Positions 46,917 through 56,178 of a stretch of 64,000 nt of DNA are shown here, one piece after another; the stretch's first letter is position 1; the number at the start of each line of letters is the position of its first letter. Made by a program: the position numbers and the translations under genes. The notes below the pieces were generated by a model. The model was not told the DNA's origin, made no database searches, and was given only the letters and a program-made list of their open reading frames with translations. The DNA comes from an uncultured Chloroflexia bacterium (GTDB lineage Bacteria > Chloroflexota > Limnocylindria > Limnocylindrales > CSP1-4): assembly GCA_963746845.1 (NCBI GenBank), contig CAVVCZ010000004.1:736001-800000 (forward strand), given 5' to 3'.

Positions 46917-48266
46917 TCAGTACTTGAAGAAGTGCTGGTCGAGCTCGAACGCCTCGTCCTTCTCGGCATACGCCGCGGCCTCGGCGCGTCGGACCTTCAG
47001 GTACTCGGCGGCAAGCCCCGGACCCATGGCGCCCATCAGCACGTCGTCCCGCTCGAGCTCGTCGAGCGCCTGGCTTGCGGTCAGCGGGAAGCGGCGGATC
47101 CCGCGCCGGTCCCGCTCGGCGTCCGTCAGGTTGCCGGGGTCCTGGTCAACCGGTTCGCCCGGATCGAGGCCGCGCTCGATCCCGTCGAGGGCCGCCGCCA
47201 TGACGCCGCCCAGGGAGATGTACGGGTTGGCGCTCGCGTCGCTGGCCTTCAGCTCCAGGTTCGTCGAGCCGGCCACGTCGTCCCAGTAGCGGCTCGGGAC
47301 GCGCACGGCGGCCTCGCGGTTCTCGATCCCCCACGCCGTGTAGGCGGAGCTCCAGTAATGCGGTTGGAGCCGGCGGAACGAGTTCACGCTCGGGGTCGTG
47401 AGGGCCAGGAGTCCCGGCAGGTGGGCGACGACCCCGGCGATCGCCTGACGGGCGAGGGTGCTGAGGCCCGCCGGGCCGCCGTCCTCCGCCAGCCGGTTCA
47501 CGCTGTGGTCGGCGTTCCAGATGCTCCAGTGGAGATGGGCCCCGCTGCCCGCCTGATCCGCCCACGGCTTCGGGGCGAGCGAGGCGACCATGCCGTGCTG
47601 GGCGGCGACGGCGCGGACCGTCTGGCGATAGGTGATCTGGTTGTCCGCGGCCCGCACGGCCGGCGCGTGCCGGATCGACAGCTCCTGCTGGCCCCAGCCG
47701 AGCTCCGGGTGCGACAGCTCCACCGTCAGGCCCTGGGCCGTGAGGGCGGCGATGATGTCCTGGATGACGGGCTCGGTGGATTCCATCCCGATCGCGCTGA
47801 AGCACAGGCTCCGATCGACCGGGGCATAGCCATCGTCCTGCCGGTAGGCGAGATAGAACTCGTTCTCGAAGGCGGCATCGAACGAGAGGCTCCGGTCCGC
47901 CGCACTCGCGACCATGCGTTGCAGGAAGCTCCGTGGGTCCAGGGCCCACGGCTGATGGTCGAGCTCGATCATGTTCGCGATCATCTGGCCGCTGCGCGGC
48001 GCGTACGGGAGGACCACGAACGTGTCCGGGTCCGGCACGAGCCGAATCTCCCCGACCGGGCCATAGGTCGCGTCGGGGGCGAGGAAATCCAGGCTCGTGA
48101 ACGACTGCATGCCTTTCACGAGCCCGATGCCGCTCGACATCCGGCGCGCGAGCTGCCCGACGTGGGTGCTCTTGCCACGGATCACGCCGCCGTTGTCGCA
48201 GTACAGGAAGCGAACGAGCTGGAGACCCCGCTCGTTCGCCTCGCTGACGATCTCCTCTGGTGTCAT
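46917..48266 (-). CDS. Glutamine synthetase-like gamma-glutamyl-amine ligase (GlnA3/FluG C-terminal-like)
   Basis: FENEF, HPE.G.GQQE, GSGAHLH, NREAAVR, ELK..D..ANPY; Trp (HYWSS) at the GS Glu-flap position. Confidence 0.88.
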   Translation of the reverse strand: MTPEEIVSEANERGLQLVRFLYCDNGGVIRGKSTHVGQLARRMSSGIGLVKGMQSFTSLDFLAPDATYGPVGEIRLVPDPDTFVVLPYAPRSGQMIANMIELDHQPWALDPRSFLQRMVASAADRSLSFDAAFENEFYLAYRQDDGYAPVDRSLCFSAIGMESTEPVIQDIIAALTAQGLTVELSHPELGWGQQELSIRHAPAVRAADNQITYRQTVRAVAAQHGMVASLAPKPWADQAGSGAHLHWSIWNADHSVNRLAEDGGPAGLSTLARQAIAGVVAHLPGLLALTTPSVNSFRRLQPHYWSSAYTAWGIENREAAVRVPSRYWDDVAGSTNLELKASDASANPYISLGGVMAAALDGIERGLDPGEPVDQDPGNLTDAERDRRGIRRFPLTASQALDELERDDVLMGAMGPGLAAEYLKVRRAEAAAYAEKDEAFELDQHFFKY

Positions 48267-48283
48267 GGGCTGCCTCGACGACG

Positions 48284-49531
48284 CTACGGTGCGGGCACCT
48301 TCTCCGGGACCACCTCGGCGCCCAGGGTGAACTTGCCGCCCTTGACCGAGATGACCGTGACGCCCTTCTGCGGGACGTGGGAGTCTGCGGAGAAGGTGAT
48401 CTTGCCGGTGATCCCGGGGAAGTCCTTCGTCGCCTCGATCGCCCCCTTGACGGCGGCCGAGTCCGTGCTGCCCGCGCGCTTGATCGCGTCGGCCATCAGG
48501 AAGACGGTGTCGTAGCCGAGGGCCGCGAACGCGTTCTCCGGGTCGTTGCCGTACTCGGCCTTGTAGTCGGTCATGAACTTCTTGATCCCGTCGGTGCCAC
48601 CGGTCGCGTCCATCAGGGCATGCGTCGTGAAGAACACGTTGTCGGCGGCCGCGCCGGCGACCTTGATCAGGTCCGGGGTGTCGTAGCCGTCACCGCCGAC
48701 GATCGGACCGGTGATCCCGGCATCCCGGAACTGCTTCACGAGTGGGCCGATGTTGTACGGCATCGCCGCGACGTAGTAGAAGTCCGGCTGCGGGCTGAGG
48801 GCCTTGATCTTCGTGATCTGGGCCGAGAAGTCGGTCGCCTTGTCGTCGTACGAGTCCTCGAGGGCGATCGTCCCGCCGAGCTCGGTGAACCGGCTCTTGA
48901 AGTACTGCCCGAGGAGCGTCGTGTACTCGACGCCCTTGTCCCACAGGAAGTACGCGTTCTTGCCGAACGTCTTGAACGAGTACTCGGCCCCGACCGCCGC
49001 CTGGACGTTGTCGCCGAAGCAGGCGAGGAACATCATGTCGCCGACCTGGGTCGGGATCTTCGGGGACGTCGCGCCGACCGTGATGAACGGGATCTTGGCG
49101 CTCTGGAACGTCGGACCCGAGGCGAGGACCGAGTCGGTGTCCGTGTAGCCGATCATCAGCGGGACCTTGTCCTGCTCGACGAACTGCTTCGCCGTCTGGG
49201 CCGTGACGTCCATCTTGTACTGGCTGTCGTGGACGATGAAGTCGATCTGCGAGCCGTTGACGCCGCCGGCCGCGTTGATCTGCTTGACCGCGAGCTTCGC
49301 CCCGTTGGCCGCAGGCAGGTCGAGCGCGGACTCGTCGCCGGTGAGCGCGAAGCCGCCACCGATCTTGATCGGGCCGGCGGCCACGGGGCTGCCACCGGCC
49401 GCCGGGCTGCCGGCGGGCGCGACCGATGCCGGCGCGGACGCGCCACCACCGCCCGATGCGCTCGGGGTGCTCGTGGTGCAGGCGGCGACCAGAACGATCG
49501 CGCTTGCCAGCGCGAAGACGTTGCGGGCCAT
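48284..49531 (-). CDS. HAAT ABC substrate-binding lipoprotein (LivJ/K-like)
   Basis: Lipobox LVAAC, INAAGGVNG, TDFSAQITKI, GGDG, ALGYD; SD GAGGAGGAG. Confidence 0.9.
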   Translation of the reverse strand: MARNVFALASAIVLVAACTTSTPSASGGGGASAPASVAPAGSPAAGGSPVAAGPIKIGGGFALTGDESALDLPAANGAKLAVKQINAAGGVNGSQIDFIVHDSQYKMDVTAQTAKQFVEQDKVPLMIGYTDTDSVLASGPTFQSAKIPFITVGATSPKIPTQVGDMMFLACFGDNVQAAVGAEYSFKTFGKNAYFLWDKGVEYTTLLGQYFKSRFTELGGTIALEDSYDDKATDFSAQITKIKALSPQPDFYYVAAMPYNIGPLVKQFRDAGITGPIVGGDGYDTPDLIKVAGAAADNVFFTTHALMDATGGTDGIKKFMTDYKAEYGNDPENAFAALGYDTVFLMADAIKRAGSTDSAAVKGAIEATKDFPGITGKITFSADSHVPQKGVTVISVKGGKFTLGAEVVPEKVPAP

Positions 49532-49717
49532 GTCTCCTCCTCGAATCCACCGACGCCCTGGGATGCGGGACCTTGACCGCGCTGCTGCAAGCGTAAGACG
49601 ATCGACCGCGCTGAGGCGCCGGAGGTGGGGCAACTATCCCCCACCGACTTTCGGATGACAAGGCCTGTATCGGGGAGCCTTACACGACCACCAGACGGGA
49701 TTCCTCTTTCGCATCCG

Positions 49718-50460
49718 ATGCGGCCGAGCCGGCTCCGCTGATCGTCGTCACCGTCGCGGCCCCCGCCGATGCGCCGGATCCCGACCTCGCGACCCGCCGC
49801 AACGACCGGTACGTCGCCGCGGTGGCCCGGCACGGGGCCGAGACGATCCGCCTCGACGTCCGCGCGACCGCATCGGCGCGCGACGACGCGTTCCGGGTGA
49901 TGGACGGCTTGCTCCTGACCGGCGGCGCCGACCTCGATCCGCGACGGTACGGGCAGTCGATCGACGGGGCCGAGCATGTCGACCGCGCCCGCGATGACCT
50001 CGAGGCGGCGGCCTGGGAGACCGCGAACGAGCGGCGCGTCCCGGTTCTCGGGATCTGTCGTGGCCTGCAGGCGATCAACGTCTTTGCGGGTGGGTCCCTC
50101 GTCCAGCACGTCGAGGGCCACGCCGGTGCGGCCTGGGGCAGCGGGACGCCGGCCACCCATCCGCTTCGGGTCGTGCCCGGGACCCGGCTCGCGACACTCC
50201 TGGGCCCTGCCGAGATGCTCGAGGTCAACGCCTACCACCACCAGGGCGTCCGCGAGCAGGACCTCGCCCCGGGGCTGCGCCCGGCCGCCTGGGCCGACAG
50301 CCCAGCCGGACCGCTCGTCGAGGGGCTGGAGGCGGTCGACGGGCGGTTCGTGGTCGGAGTCCAGTGTCATCCGGAGCGGACCGAGTCGACGCCCGCTGCA
50401 TTCGAGCGGCTCTTCGCCGCGTTCGTCCTGGCGGCCGCGGTGGCGGCGCGGAGCCGGTAG
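49718..50460 (+). CDS. Gamma-glutamyl-gamma-aminobutyrate hydrolase family (peptidase C26, PuuD-like); start apparently frameshifted near 49730
   Basis: GLLLTGGAD, RD, LGICRGLQ, VNAYHHQG, GVQCHPE; homology continues upstream to PLIVVTV (49735) without an in-frame start. Confidence 0.85.
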
Positions 50461-50632
50461 GCCGTTCGCGATCCGGCGTCCATCCGTCAAACGACCGACG
50501 GTGGACGGGCCGCCGGCCGACACTCCCTCTCGCTCGATGCGTCGTTCGCCCGATGACCCGGACGTCGCCCGGGACCAGTGTCCCCTCGGGGATCGCGCCC
50601 AGGCGATCCCGATGCGGGAAGGGACGACGACG

Positions 50633-51316
50633 ATGAGCACGCAACTGCTGCACGTGATCAGTACCCCGCGCGGGCTGGCGTCGAACACGGGCCGGGTGTC
50701 GAGCGCGCTGCTGGAGGCGATCCTCGAGCAGGACGAGGATGTCGACGTCCGGACGCTCGACCTGTTCAAGACCGACCTGCCGTCGGTCGCCGGCCGGAAC
50801 ATCGAGTCCAAGTACAAGCTGATGACCGGGCAGACGCTCGACGAGGCGTCGCGCGATTCGTGGCACGAGATCGAGGCGACGATCGAGCAGTTCCTCGCGG
50901 CCGACGTCTACGTGCTGACGGTCCCGATGTGGAACCTCGGCGTCCCGTACGTGTTGAAGTACTACATCGACGCCATCGTCCAGCCTGGCTACCTCTTCCG
51001 GTACACCGAGCAGGGGACGGTCGAGGGCCTGGCGAAGGACAAGAAGATGATCTGCGTCACGTCGCGCGGCAGCGACTACTCGAGCCAGCCGATGAAGGCG
51101 TTCGACTTCGTCGAGGGCTACCTGCGGACGATCTTCGGGTTCGTCGGGATCACGGACGTGACGTTCTTCAACGTCCAGCCGATGGACATGGGGCAGGACA
51201 TCCGGAAGTCGGCCCAGCGCTCCGCGATCCGCGATGTCCGCGAATACGCCGCCAGCGGCGCCTGGCGGATCGACGCCGGCCTCGCGCTGCCCGAGCGGGA
51301 GCTGGTCGCCGTCTGA
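50633..51316 (+). CDS. azoR: FMN-dependent NADH-azoreductase
   Basis: STPRG..S, PMWNLGVP.VLKYYID, FRYTEQG.VEGL, SRGSDY, YLRTIFGFVGI. Confidence 0.88.
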   Translation: MSTQLLHVISTPRGLASNTGRVSSALLEAILEQDEDVDVRTLDLFKTDLPSVAGRNIESKYKLMTGQTLDEASRDSWHEIEATIEQFLAADVYVLTVPMWNLGVPYVLKYYIDAIVQPGYLFRYTEQGTVEGLAKDKKMICVTSRGSDYSSQPMKAFDFVEGYLRTIFGFVGITDVTFFNVQPMDMGQDIRKSAQRSAIRDVREYAASGAWRIDAGLALPERELVAV

Positions 51317-51384
51317 TCGCAACCCACCGGCAACCGAGACGTCACCTTCCGCCTCATCGAGCGCCGGGCTATGATCGGCGCTCG

Positions 51385-51474
51385 ATGATCGCTGACCCCC
51401 TGCTCCAGATCGGACGCTGTTGCTCCTGTCCCCGGCGAGTGCCGGCTCGGACAGTGGCGCGCCCGGTCATCTGA
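51385..51474 (+). CDS. Putative Cys-rich leader peptide (29 aa)
   Basis: TATGAT (51370-51375) 9 nt upstream, no SD; MIADPLLQIGRCCSCPRRVPARTVARPVI*. Confidence 0.65.
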   Translation: MIADPLLQIGRCCSCPRRVPARTVARPVI

Positions 51475-51582
51475 CCTCCGGCAGCACCCGAGCGGGTCCT
51501 CGCACCACCCCTTTCCGTGGTGAGCAGGCGCATCTGACGCCGCTCCCACGCGCGTTGCCCGCCTTCCGGAGGTCCCCACGTG
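51427..51582 (+). promoter_or_regulatory. Putative translational attenuator (alternative helices sequestering the SD)
   Basis: GACCTCCGG 51473-51481 complementary to CCGGAGGTC 51566-51574 (SD); competing TGCCGG 51440-51445/CCGGCA 51478-51483; hairpin 51427-51453. Confidence 0.6.
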
Positions 51583-52089
51583 TCCCTGCTCACGCCCCCT
51601 GCGCGCCGCATCGATCCACGCGGTCAGCGCTTCGGCGCCGGCGTCTCGGCCGTCGTCCTCATCGTCTCGCTGATCCTCGGCGAGCCCTGGCTGGCCCTGC
51701 TCGTCGGGCTCAACCTCGCGGTCTCGGCCGCGTTCGGCACGCGGCTGTTCCTGCCGGGGCGCCTGTGGCCCACCGTCCGCTCGTCGCTCCGGCTCGGGCC
51801 ACCGGCCGAGCTGGAGCATGAATACCCGCCCCGGTTCGCCCAGGCACTGGGCGCGACCGCGCTCACCCTGGCCGCCGTGTCGTTCCTGGTCGGCGCGACG
51901 ACCCTCGGTTGGATCCTCGTCGGCCTGGTCGCGGCACTGCAGACCGTCCTGGCCGTGACCGGGATCTGCATCGGCTGCCGGCTCTACTTCCTGCGCTGGT
52001 GGATCCCGGCGCTCGCCGCTCGCCTGTTCGGACGGGCGGACCGACTCGTCGGCGTCGCCGTCGTCCCGATCCGGTACCCCGAGCGGTAG
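51580..52089 (+). CDS. DUF4395 family membrane protein
   Basis: IDPRGQRFGAG, E..PPRFAQALG, AVTGICIGCRLY. Confidence 0.88.
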   Translation: MSLLTPPARRIDPRGQRFGAGVSAVVLIVSLILGEPWLALLVGLNLAVSAAFGTRLFLPGRLWPTVRSSLRLGPPAELEHEYPPRFAQALGATALTLAAVSFLVGATTLGWILVGLVAALQTVLAVTGICIGCRLYFLRWWIPALAARLFGRADRLVGVAVVPIRYPER

Positions 52090-52118
52090 CCCGCGCCGAT
52101 CTCTGAGAAGATCGGACG

Positions 52119-53009
52119 ATGACCCAGCGCGGCCTCGTCCTCTTCGCCCTGATGTCGGTCATCTGGGGCATCCCCTACCTGTTCATCCGGGTCGCGGTCG
52201 CGGAGGTCACGCCCGCGTTCCTCGTCCTCGCCCGCACGTCCCTCGCCACCGCGATCCTGCTGCCGATCGCCCTCGCCAAGGTCGACCTCCGGCCGATCCT
52301 GGGCCGATGGCGCTGGCTGGTCGCGTTCGCCCTGATCGAGATCGCCCTCCCGTGGCTGATGCTTGGCTCGGCCGAGCAGCACCTGACGAGCTCGCTCACC
52401 GGCATCCTCATCGCCGGCGTGCCGCTCGTCGGCACGGTGTTCGCCCTGCTGACAGGCGGATCGGACCGGCTCGGCCGGACGGCGTGGCTCGGGCTGTTCG
52501 TCGGCCTGGCGGGCGTCGTCGCGATCGTCGGCGCCGACCTCGGCACGAGCGACGCGCTGGCGTTCCTCCAGGTCGGGGTCGTCGTCGTCTGCTACGCGGT
52601 GGGGCCGGCCATCCTCGCCCGACGGCTCGGCGGGCTGCCGTCGCTCGGCGTGATGGCCCTGTCCCTGTTGGGCTGTGCGCTCCTCTACCTGCCGATCGGG
52701 CTGGCCCAGTGGCCGGCGACGACGCCATCGACGAACGTCGTCGTCTCGATCCTCGTGCTCGCCGTGGTCTGCACCGCGGCCGCGTTCCTCGTCTTCGCAG
52801 CGCTGATCGGTGAGATCGGCCCGGTCCGGGCGACCGTGATCACCTACATCAACCCCGCCGTGGCGGCGATCCTCGGCGTGCTCGTGCTCAACGAGACCCT
52901 GACCCCGGTCATGCTCGCCGGGTTCGTCCTCGTGATCGTCGGCTCGGTCCTCGCGACACGTCGGCCGACGGCCGCGCCGCAGCCCCGGGCCATCGCGGCC
53001 GAAGCCTAG
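52119..53009 (+). CDS. DMT/EamA transporter
   Basis: IWGIPYLFIRVAV, GPVRATVITYINPAVA, ten TM. Confidence 0.9.
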   Translation: MTQRGLVLFALMSVIWGIPYLFIRVAVAEVTPAFLVLARTSLATAILLPIALAKVDLRPILGRWRWLVAFALIEIALPWLMLGSAEQHLTSSLTGILIAGVPLVGTVFALLTGGSDRLGRTAWLGLFVGLAGVVAIVGADLGTSDALAFLQVGVVVVCYAVGPAILARRLGGLPSLGVMALSLLGCALLYLPIGLAQWPATTPSTNVVVSILVLAVVCTAAAFLVFAALIGEIGPVRATVITYINPAVAAILGVLVLNETLTPVMLAGFVLVIVGSVLATRRPTAAPQPRAIAAEA

Positions 53010-54010
53010 CCCGCGACCTCGGGGGCCTCGCCCGCGGCGGGCCCCGGCCCGGTCGCGAGTCGGACCTCATCCCGGAGGGGCTCGCCGGCGAGGAACCGGG
53101 TGATGTTCGCGGTGCAGCGCTCGACGACGCCGGCCATGCTGTTCCGGCTGCCGCCGCCGAGATGCGGCGTGACGATCACCTCGGGCACGTCGGCGAACGG
53201 GTTCGTCCCGTCCGTCTCGCGTTCCAGAACATCGAGGCCGGCCCCGGCCAGGTGGCCGGTCCGGATCGCGTCCCGAAGCGCGACCTCGTCGACGAGGCCG
53301 CCGCGCCCGCAGTTCACGAGGTACGCGCCGATCGGCATCCGCGCCAGCTCGGCCCGTCCGATCAGGTGGTGGGTCTCGGGCGTCAGCGGGACGTGCAGCG
53401 TCACGATCGTGGACACCGCGAGCAGCTCGTCCAGTGGGAGCCGCTCCGCGCCGAACCTCGCCTCGATCTCCGGCATCGGTCGGCGCGACTGGAAAAGGAG
53501 GCGCGATCCGAACGGCACGAGTCGCTCCGCGACGCTCTGGCCGATCTGGCCCATGCCGACGATCCCGACCGTCGCGTCGGCCAGGTCGTCGATCCCGCGC
53601 CGGATGATCTCGGCCGGGGCGAACCAGCCGGCCCGCGTGGCGGGTTCCGTCAAGGGCAGCCGCTTCACCAGGGCGAGCATCAGCATGACGGCGTGCTCGG
53701 CTGCACCCGTGCGGTTGACCCCGGGGTTGTAGGCCACCCGCACGCCCGCAGCCGAGGCCGCGGCCTGGTCGATCGTGTCGATCCCGACCCCGATCGCCTG
53801 GAGGAACCGCGCATTCGGCGCCGACGCCAGCGTCGCGGCGTCGATCGGACGGCGGGCGTTCACGAGGACGACGGCGTCGGCGGCCACCCGAGCGAACTCC
53901 TCGACGTCGAACGAGGTGACCGCGGCGACCTCGACACCGGGCGGGAGGCGCTCCGCGAAGCGTCCGGCGAGGTCGGCGAGGGCCGGATCGACCAGAAGGA
54001 CCTTGACCAT
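53006..54010 (-). CDS. D-isomer-specific 2-hydroxyacid dehydrogenase
   Basis: AEHA, GIVGMGQIG, LHVPLTPET, NCGRGG, DVLERE, TPHLGG. Confidence 0.92.
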   Translation of the reverse strand: MVKVLLVDPALADLAGRFAERLPPGVEVAAVTSFDVEEFARVAADAVVLVNARRPIDAATLASAPNARFLQAIGVGIDTIDQAAASAAGVRVAYNPGVNRTGAAEHAVMLMLALVKRLPLTEPATRAGWFAPAEIIRRGIDDLADATVGIVGMGQIGQSVAERLVPFGSRLLFQSRRPMPEIEARFGAERLPLDELLAVSTIVTLHVPLTPETHHLIGRAELARMPIGAYLVNCGRGGLVDEVALRDAIRTGHLAGAGLDVLERETDGTNPFADVPEVIVTPHLGGGSRNSMAGVVERCTANITRFLAGEPLRDEVRLATGPGPAAGEAPEVAG

Positions 54011-54179
54011 GGGCTCGCAGTCTAGCCAGCGACGCGGCGAAATAACGGGTCCCGCGCCGCCCGGGTAGCCCGTTCTCCCGATGTCCGGCGGCGCCTTTAG
54101 CCCGAGTCTGGAAGACGCCACGGGACCACGAGCTCTCGAACCACCACCCACCAGCGACAGAACCCGGAAGGGGGACTCC

Positions 54180-55049
54180 ATGACGATCGCGCACGTGACA
54201 GCCACGCCGAACCCGGCGGCCACGATGACCACGGCGCTCCCGGCGCCCGACTTCGAGGCGATCAAGGTCCGCCAGCAGGCGACCTGGGCCAGCGGCGACT
54301 ACCACATGATCGCGACCCAGATCCAGATCGTGTCGGAGCTGATGATCGAGGCGCTCGACCTGCGCTCCACCGAACGCGTCCTCGACGTCGCGACCGGCAG
54401 TGGCAATGCGGCCATCGCCGCGGCACGACGCGGTTGCCAGGTCGTCGGCGTCGACTACGTCCCGGCACTGCTCGAGCGGGCGCGCCAGCGCACGAAGGCC
54501 GAGGGTCTTGCCGTCGACTACGTCCAGGGGGATGCGGAGGCGCTGTCCTTCCTCGACGGCAGCTTCGACGTCGTCGTCTCGGTCTTCGGCGCGATGTTCG
54601 CCCCGAACCAGGAGCAGACCGCGGCGGAGCTGGTTCGCGTCACCCGGCCCGGCGGCCGGATCGGCCTGGTCGCGCACACCCCCGACGGCTTCATCGGCCA
54701 GCTGTTCCGGACGATCGCGAAGCACGTCCCGCCGCCGGCCGGACTCCGATCGCCCATCCAGTGGGGCACCGAGATCCGGCTGCACGAGCTGTTCGGGGAC
54801 GAGATGTCGTCCCTCCAGGCGACGAAGCGCGAGTACGTGTTCCGGGAGCGCTCGCCCGAGGCCTGGGTCGAGTACTGGAAGCGCTACTACGGGCCGACGA
54901 AGAAGGCCTTCGAGGCCGTGAGCGGGGTCGCCGGACGGGTGGCCCTCGAACACGACCTGCTCGAGCTGATCGGGCGGTTCAACCGCGCCGATGACGGCAC
55001 GATGGTCGTCCCGACCGAGTACCTCGAGGCGGTGATCACCAGGGCGTGA
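54180..55049 (+). CDS. Class I SAM-dependent methyltransferase
   Basis: WASGDY, VLDVATGSGN, GDAEAL, FGAMFAP, RPGG, YYGP. Confidence 0.9.
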   Translation: MTIAHVTATPNPAATMTTALPAPDFEAIKVRQQATWASGDYHMIATQIQIVSELMIEALDLRSTERVLDVATGSGNAAIAAARRGCQVVGVDYVPALLERARQRTKAEGLAVDYVQGDAEALSFLDGSFDVVVSVFGAMFAPNQEQTAAELVRVTRPGGRIGLVAHTPDGFIGQLFRTIAKHVPPPAGLRSPIQWGTEIRLHELFGDEMSSLQATKREYVFRERSPEAWVEYWKRYYGPTKKAFEAVSGVAGRVALEHDLLELIGRFNRADDGTMVVPTEYLEAVITRA

Positions 55050-55234
55050 CCCAGCGGCGGCCCCGTCGCGGCATGGCCGCCCCGACGAGACGCCGCCCGC
55101 TCCTTCCCGGCGCCGGCACCGATCGACAGTTCTCCCGCGTCGATCGGTGCCAGCGCGCGTCTGCGCGCCTGTGCCCGCGCAGTGGACAGCCCGCCTTCGG
55201 GTGACCGACACGCCGGGCCGGCTACGATGCGGTC

Positions 55235-55690
55235 ATGCCGTTGACCGGGGAGTACGAGCCGAGCACGGCCGGCTGGGCACGCAAGCAGGCCGAGGCCTAC
55301 GAGGCGTCCGATGGTCGCGAGGCGGCGACGCTGCGCGGCCGCCCGGTGATCGTCCTGACATCCGTCGGCGCCCGGACCGGCAAGCTCCGCAAGACCGCGC
55401 TGATGCGCGTCGAGCGCGACGGCGTCTACGCGGTGGTGGCGTCCCTCGGGGGCGCTCCGCACCACCCGGTCTGGTACCACAACCTCGTCGCCAACCCGCA
55501 GGTCGAGCTGCAGGACGGCCCGAACCGGCGCGACTTCCTCGCGCGCGAGGTCGGGGGCGACGAGAAGGCGGTGTGGTGGGCGCGCGCCGTCGAGACGTGG
55601 CCGGACTACGCGCGATACCAGGAGAAGACGGACCGCGAGATCCCCGTCTTCGTCCTGGAGCCGCTCGAACCCTCCGCGTCGCCGGGCTGA
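55235..55690 (+). CDS. Deazaflavin (F420)-dependent nitroreductase family protein (Ddn-like)
   Basis: [39 protein letters not shown]. Confidence 0.92.
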   Translation: MPLTGEYEPSTAGWARKQAEAYEASDGREAATLRGRPVIVLTSVGARTGKLRKTALMRVERDGVYAVVASLGGAPHHPVWYHNLVANPQVELQDGPNRRDFLAREVGGDEKAVWWARAVETWPDYARYQEKTDREIPVFVLEPLEPSASPG

Positions 55691-55702
55691 GGCGAACCGG
55701 CC

Positions 55703-56113
55703 TCAGGCGGTGACGGGCTCCATCTTCTCGACGAATTCGGCGCGCCACGCCGGAGCCTCGAACGGGTTCGCGAAGTATTCGGTCATCTTCGCGATCTTGC
55801 CGTCGCGCAGCTCACCGATCCCGACCCAGCTGACGGGCACGCCGTCCCCGTAGTCGATCGTGCCCTCGACGACGAACACGTCCCCGCCCCCGAGCATCCG
55901 CTTGTACTTGAACGTCGGCGAGGTACCGGACATCTCCGGGTAGTGCTCGGCCAGCCGCGCCGACGAGGCCTTCGACAGGCGCTCTCCGGACTGCGGCCAC
56001 TCCTCCACGAAGTCGTCGGTCCCATAGGCCCCGATGAACTGGGTCAGCTTCCCGAAGTCGCCCGTCTTGAGCACGGCCTCCATGGCCGCCGCGAGCTCTC
56101 TCGTGTCCCCCAT
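55703..56113 (-). CDS. SnoaL/NTF2-like protein
   Basis: EEWPQSGE, DGKI...TEYFANPFEAPAWR; SD AAGGAGG. Confidence 0.85.
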   Translation of the reverse strand: MGDTRELAAAMEAVLKTGDFGKLTQFIGAYGTDDFVEEWPQSGERLSKASSARLAEHYPEMSGTSPTFKYKRMLGGGDVFVVEGTIDYGDGVPVSWVGIGELRDGKIAKMTEYFANPFEAPAWRAEFVEKMEPVTA

Positions 56114-56178
56114 CGGAACGCCCTCCTTGATGGTGTGGACGGCTAGCGTGGACCCGTGGCCCACTCCCCGCAAGCGGC

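Noticed and set aside
46917-48266. Housekeeping glutamine synthetase glnA
   Set aside because: It lacks the GYEAP Glu flap and DGSS motif, and the context is catabolic
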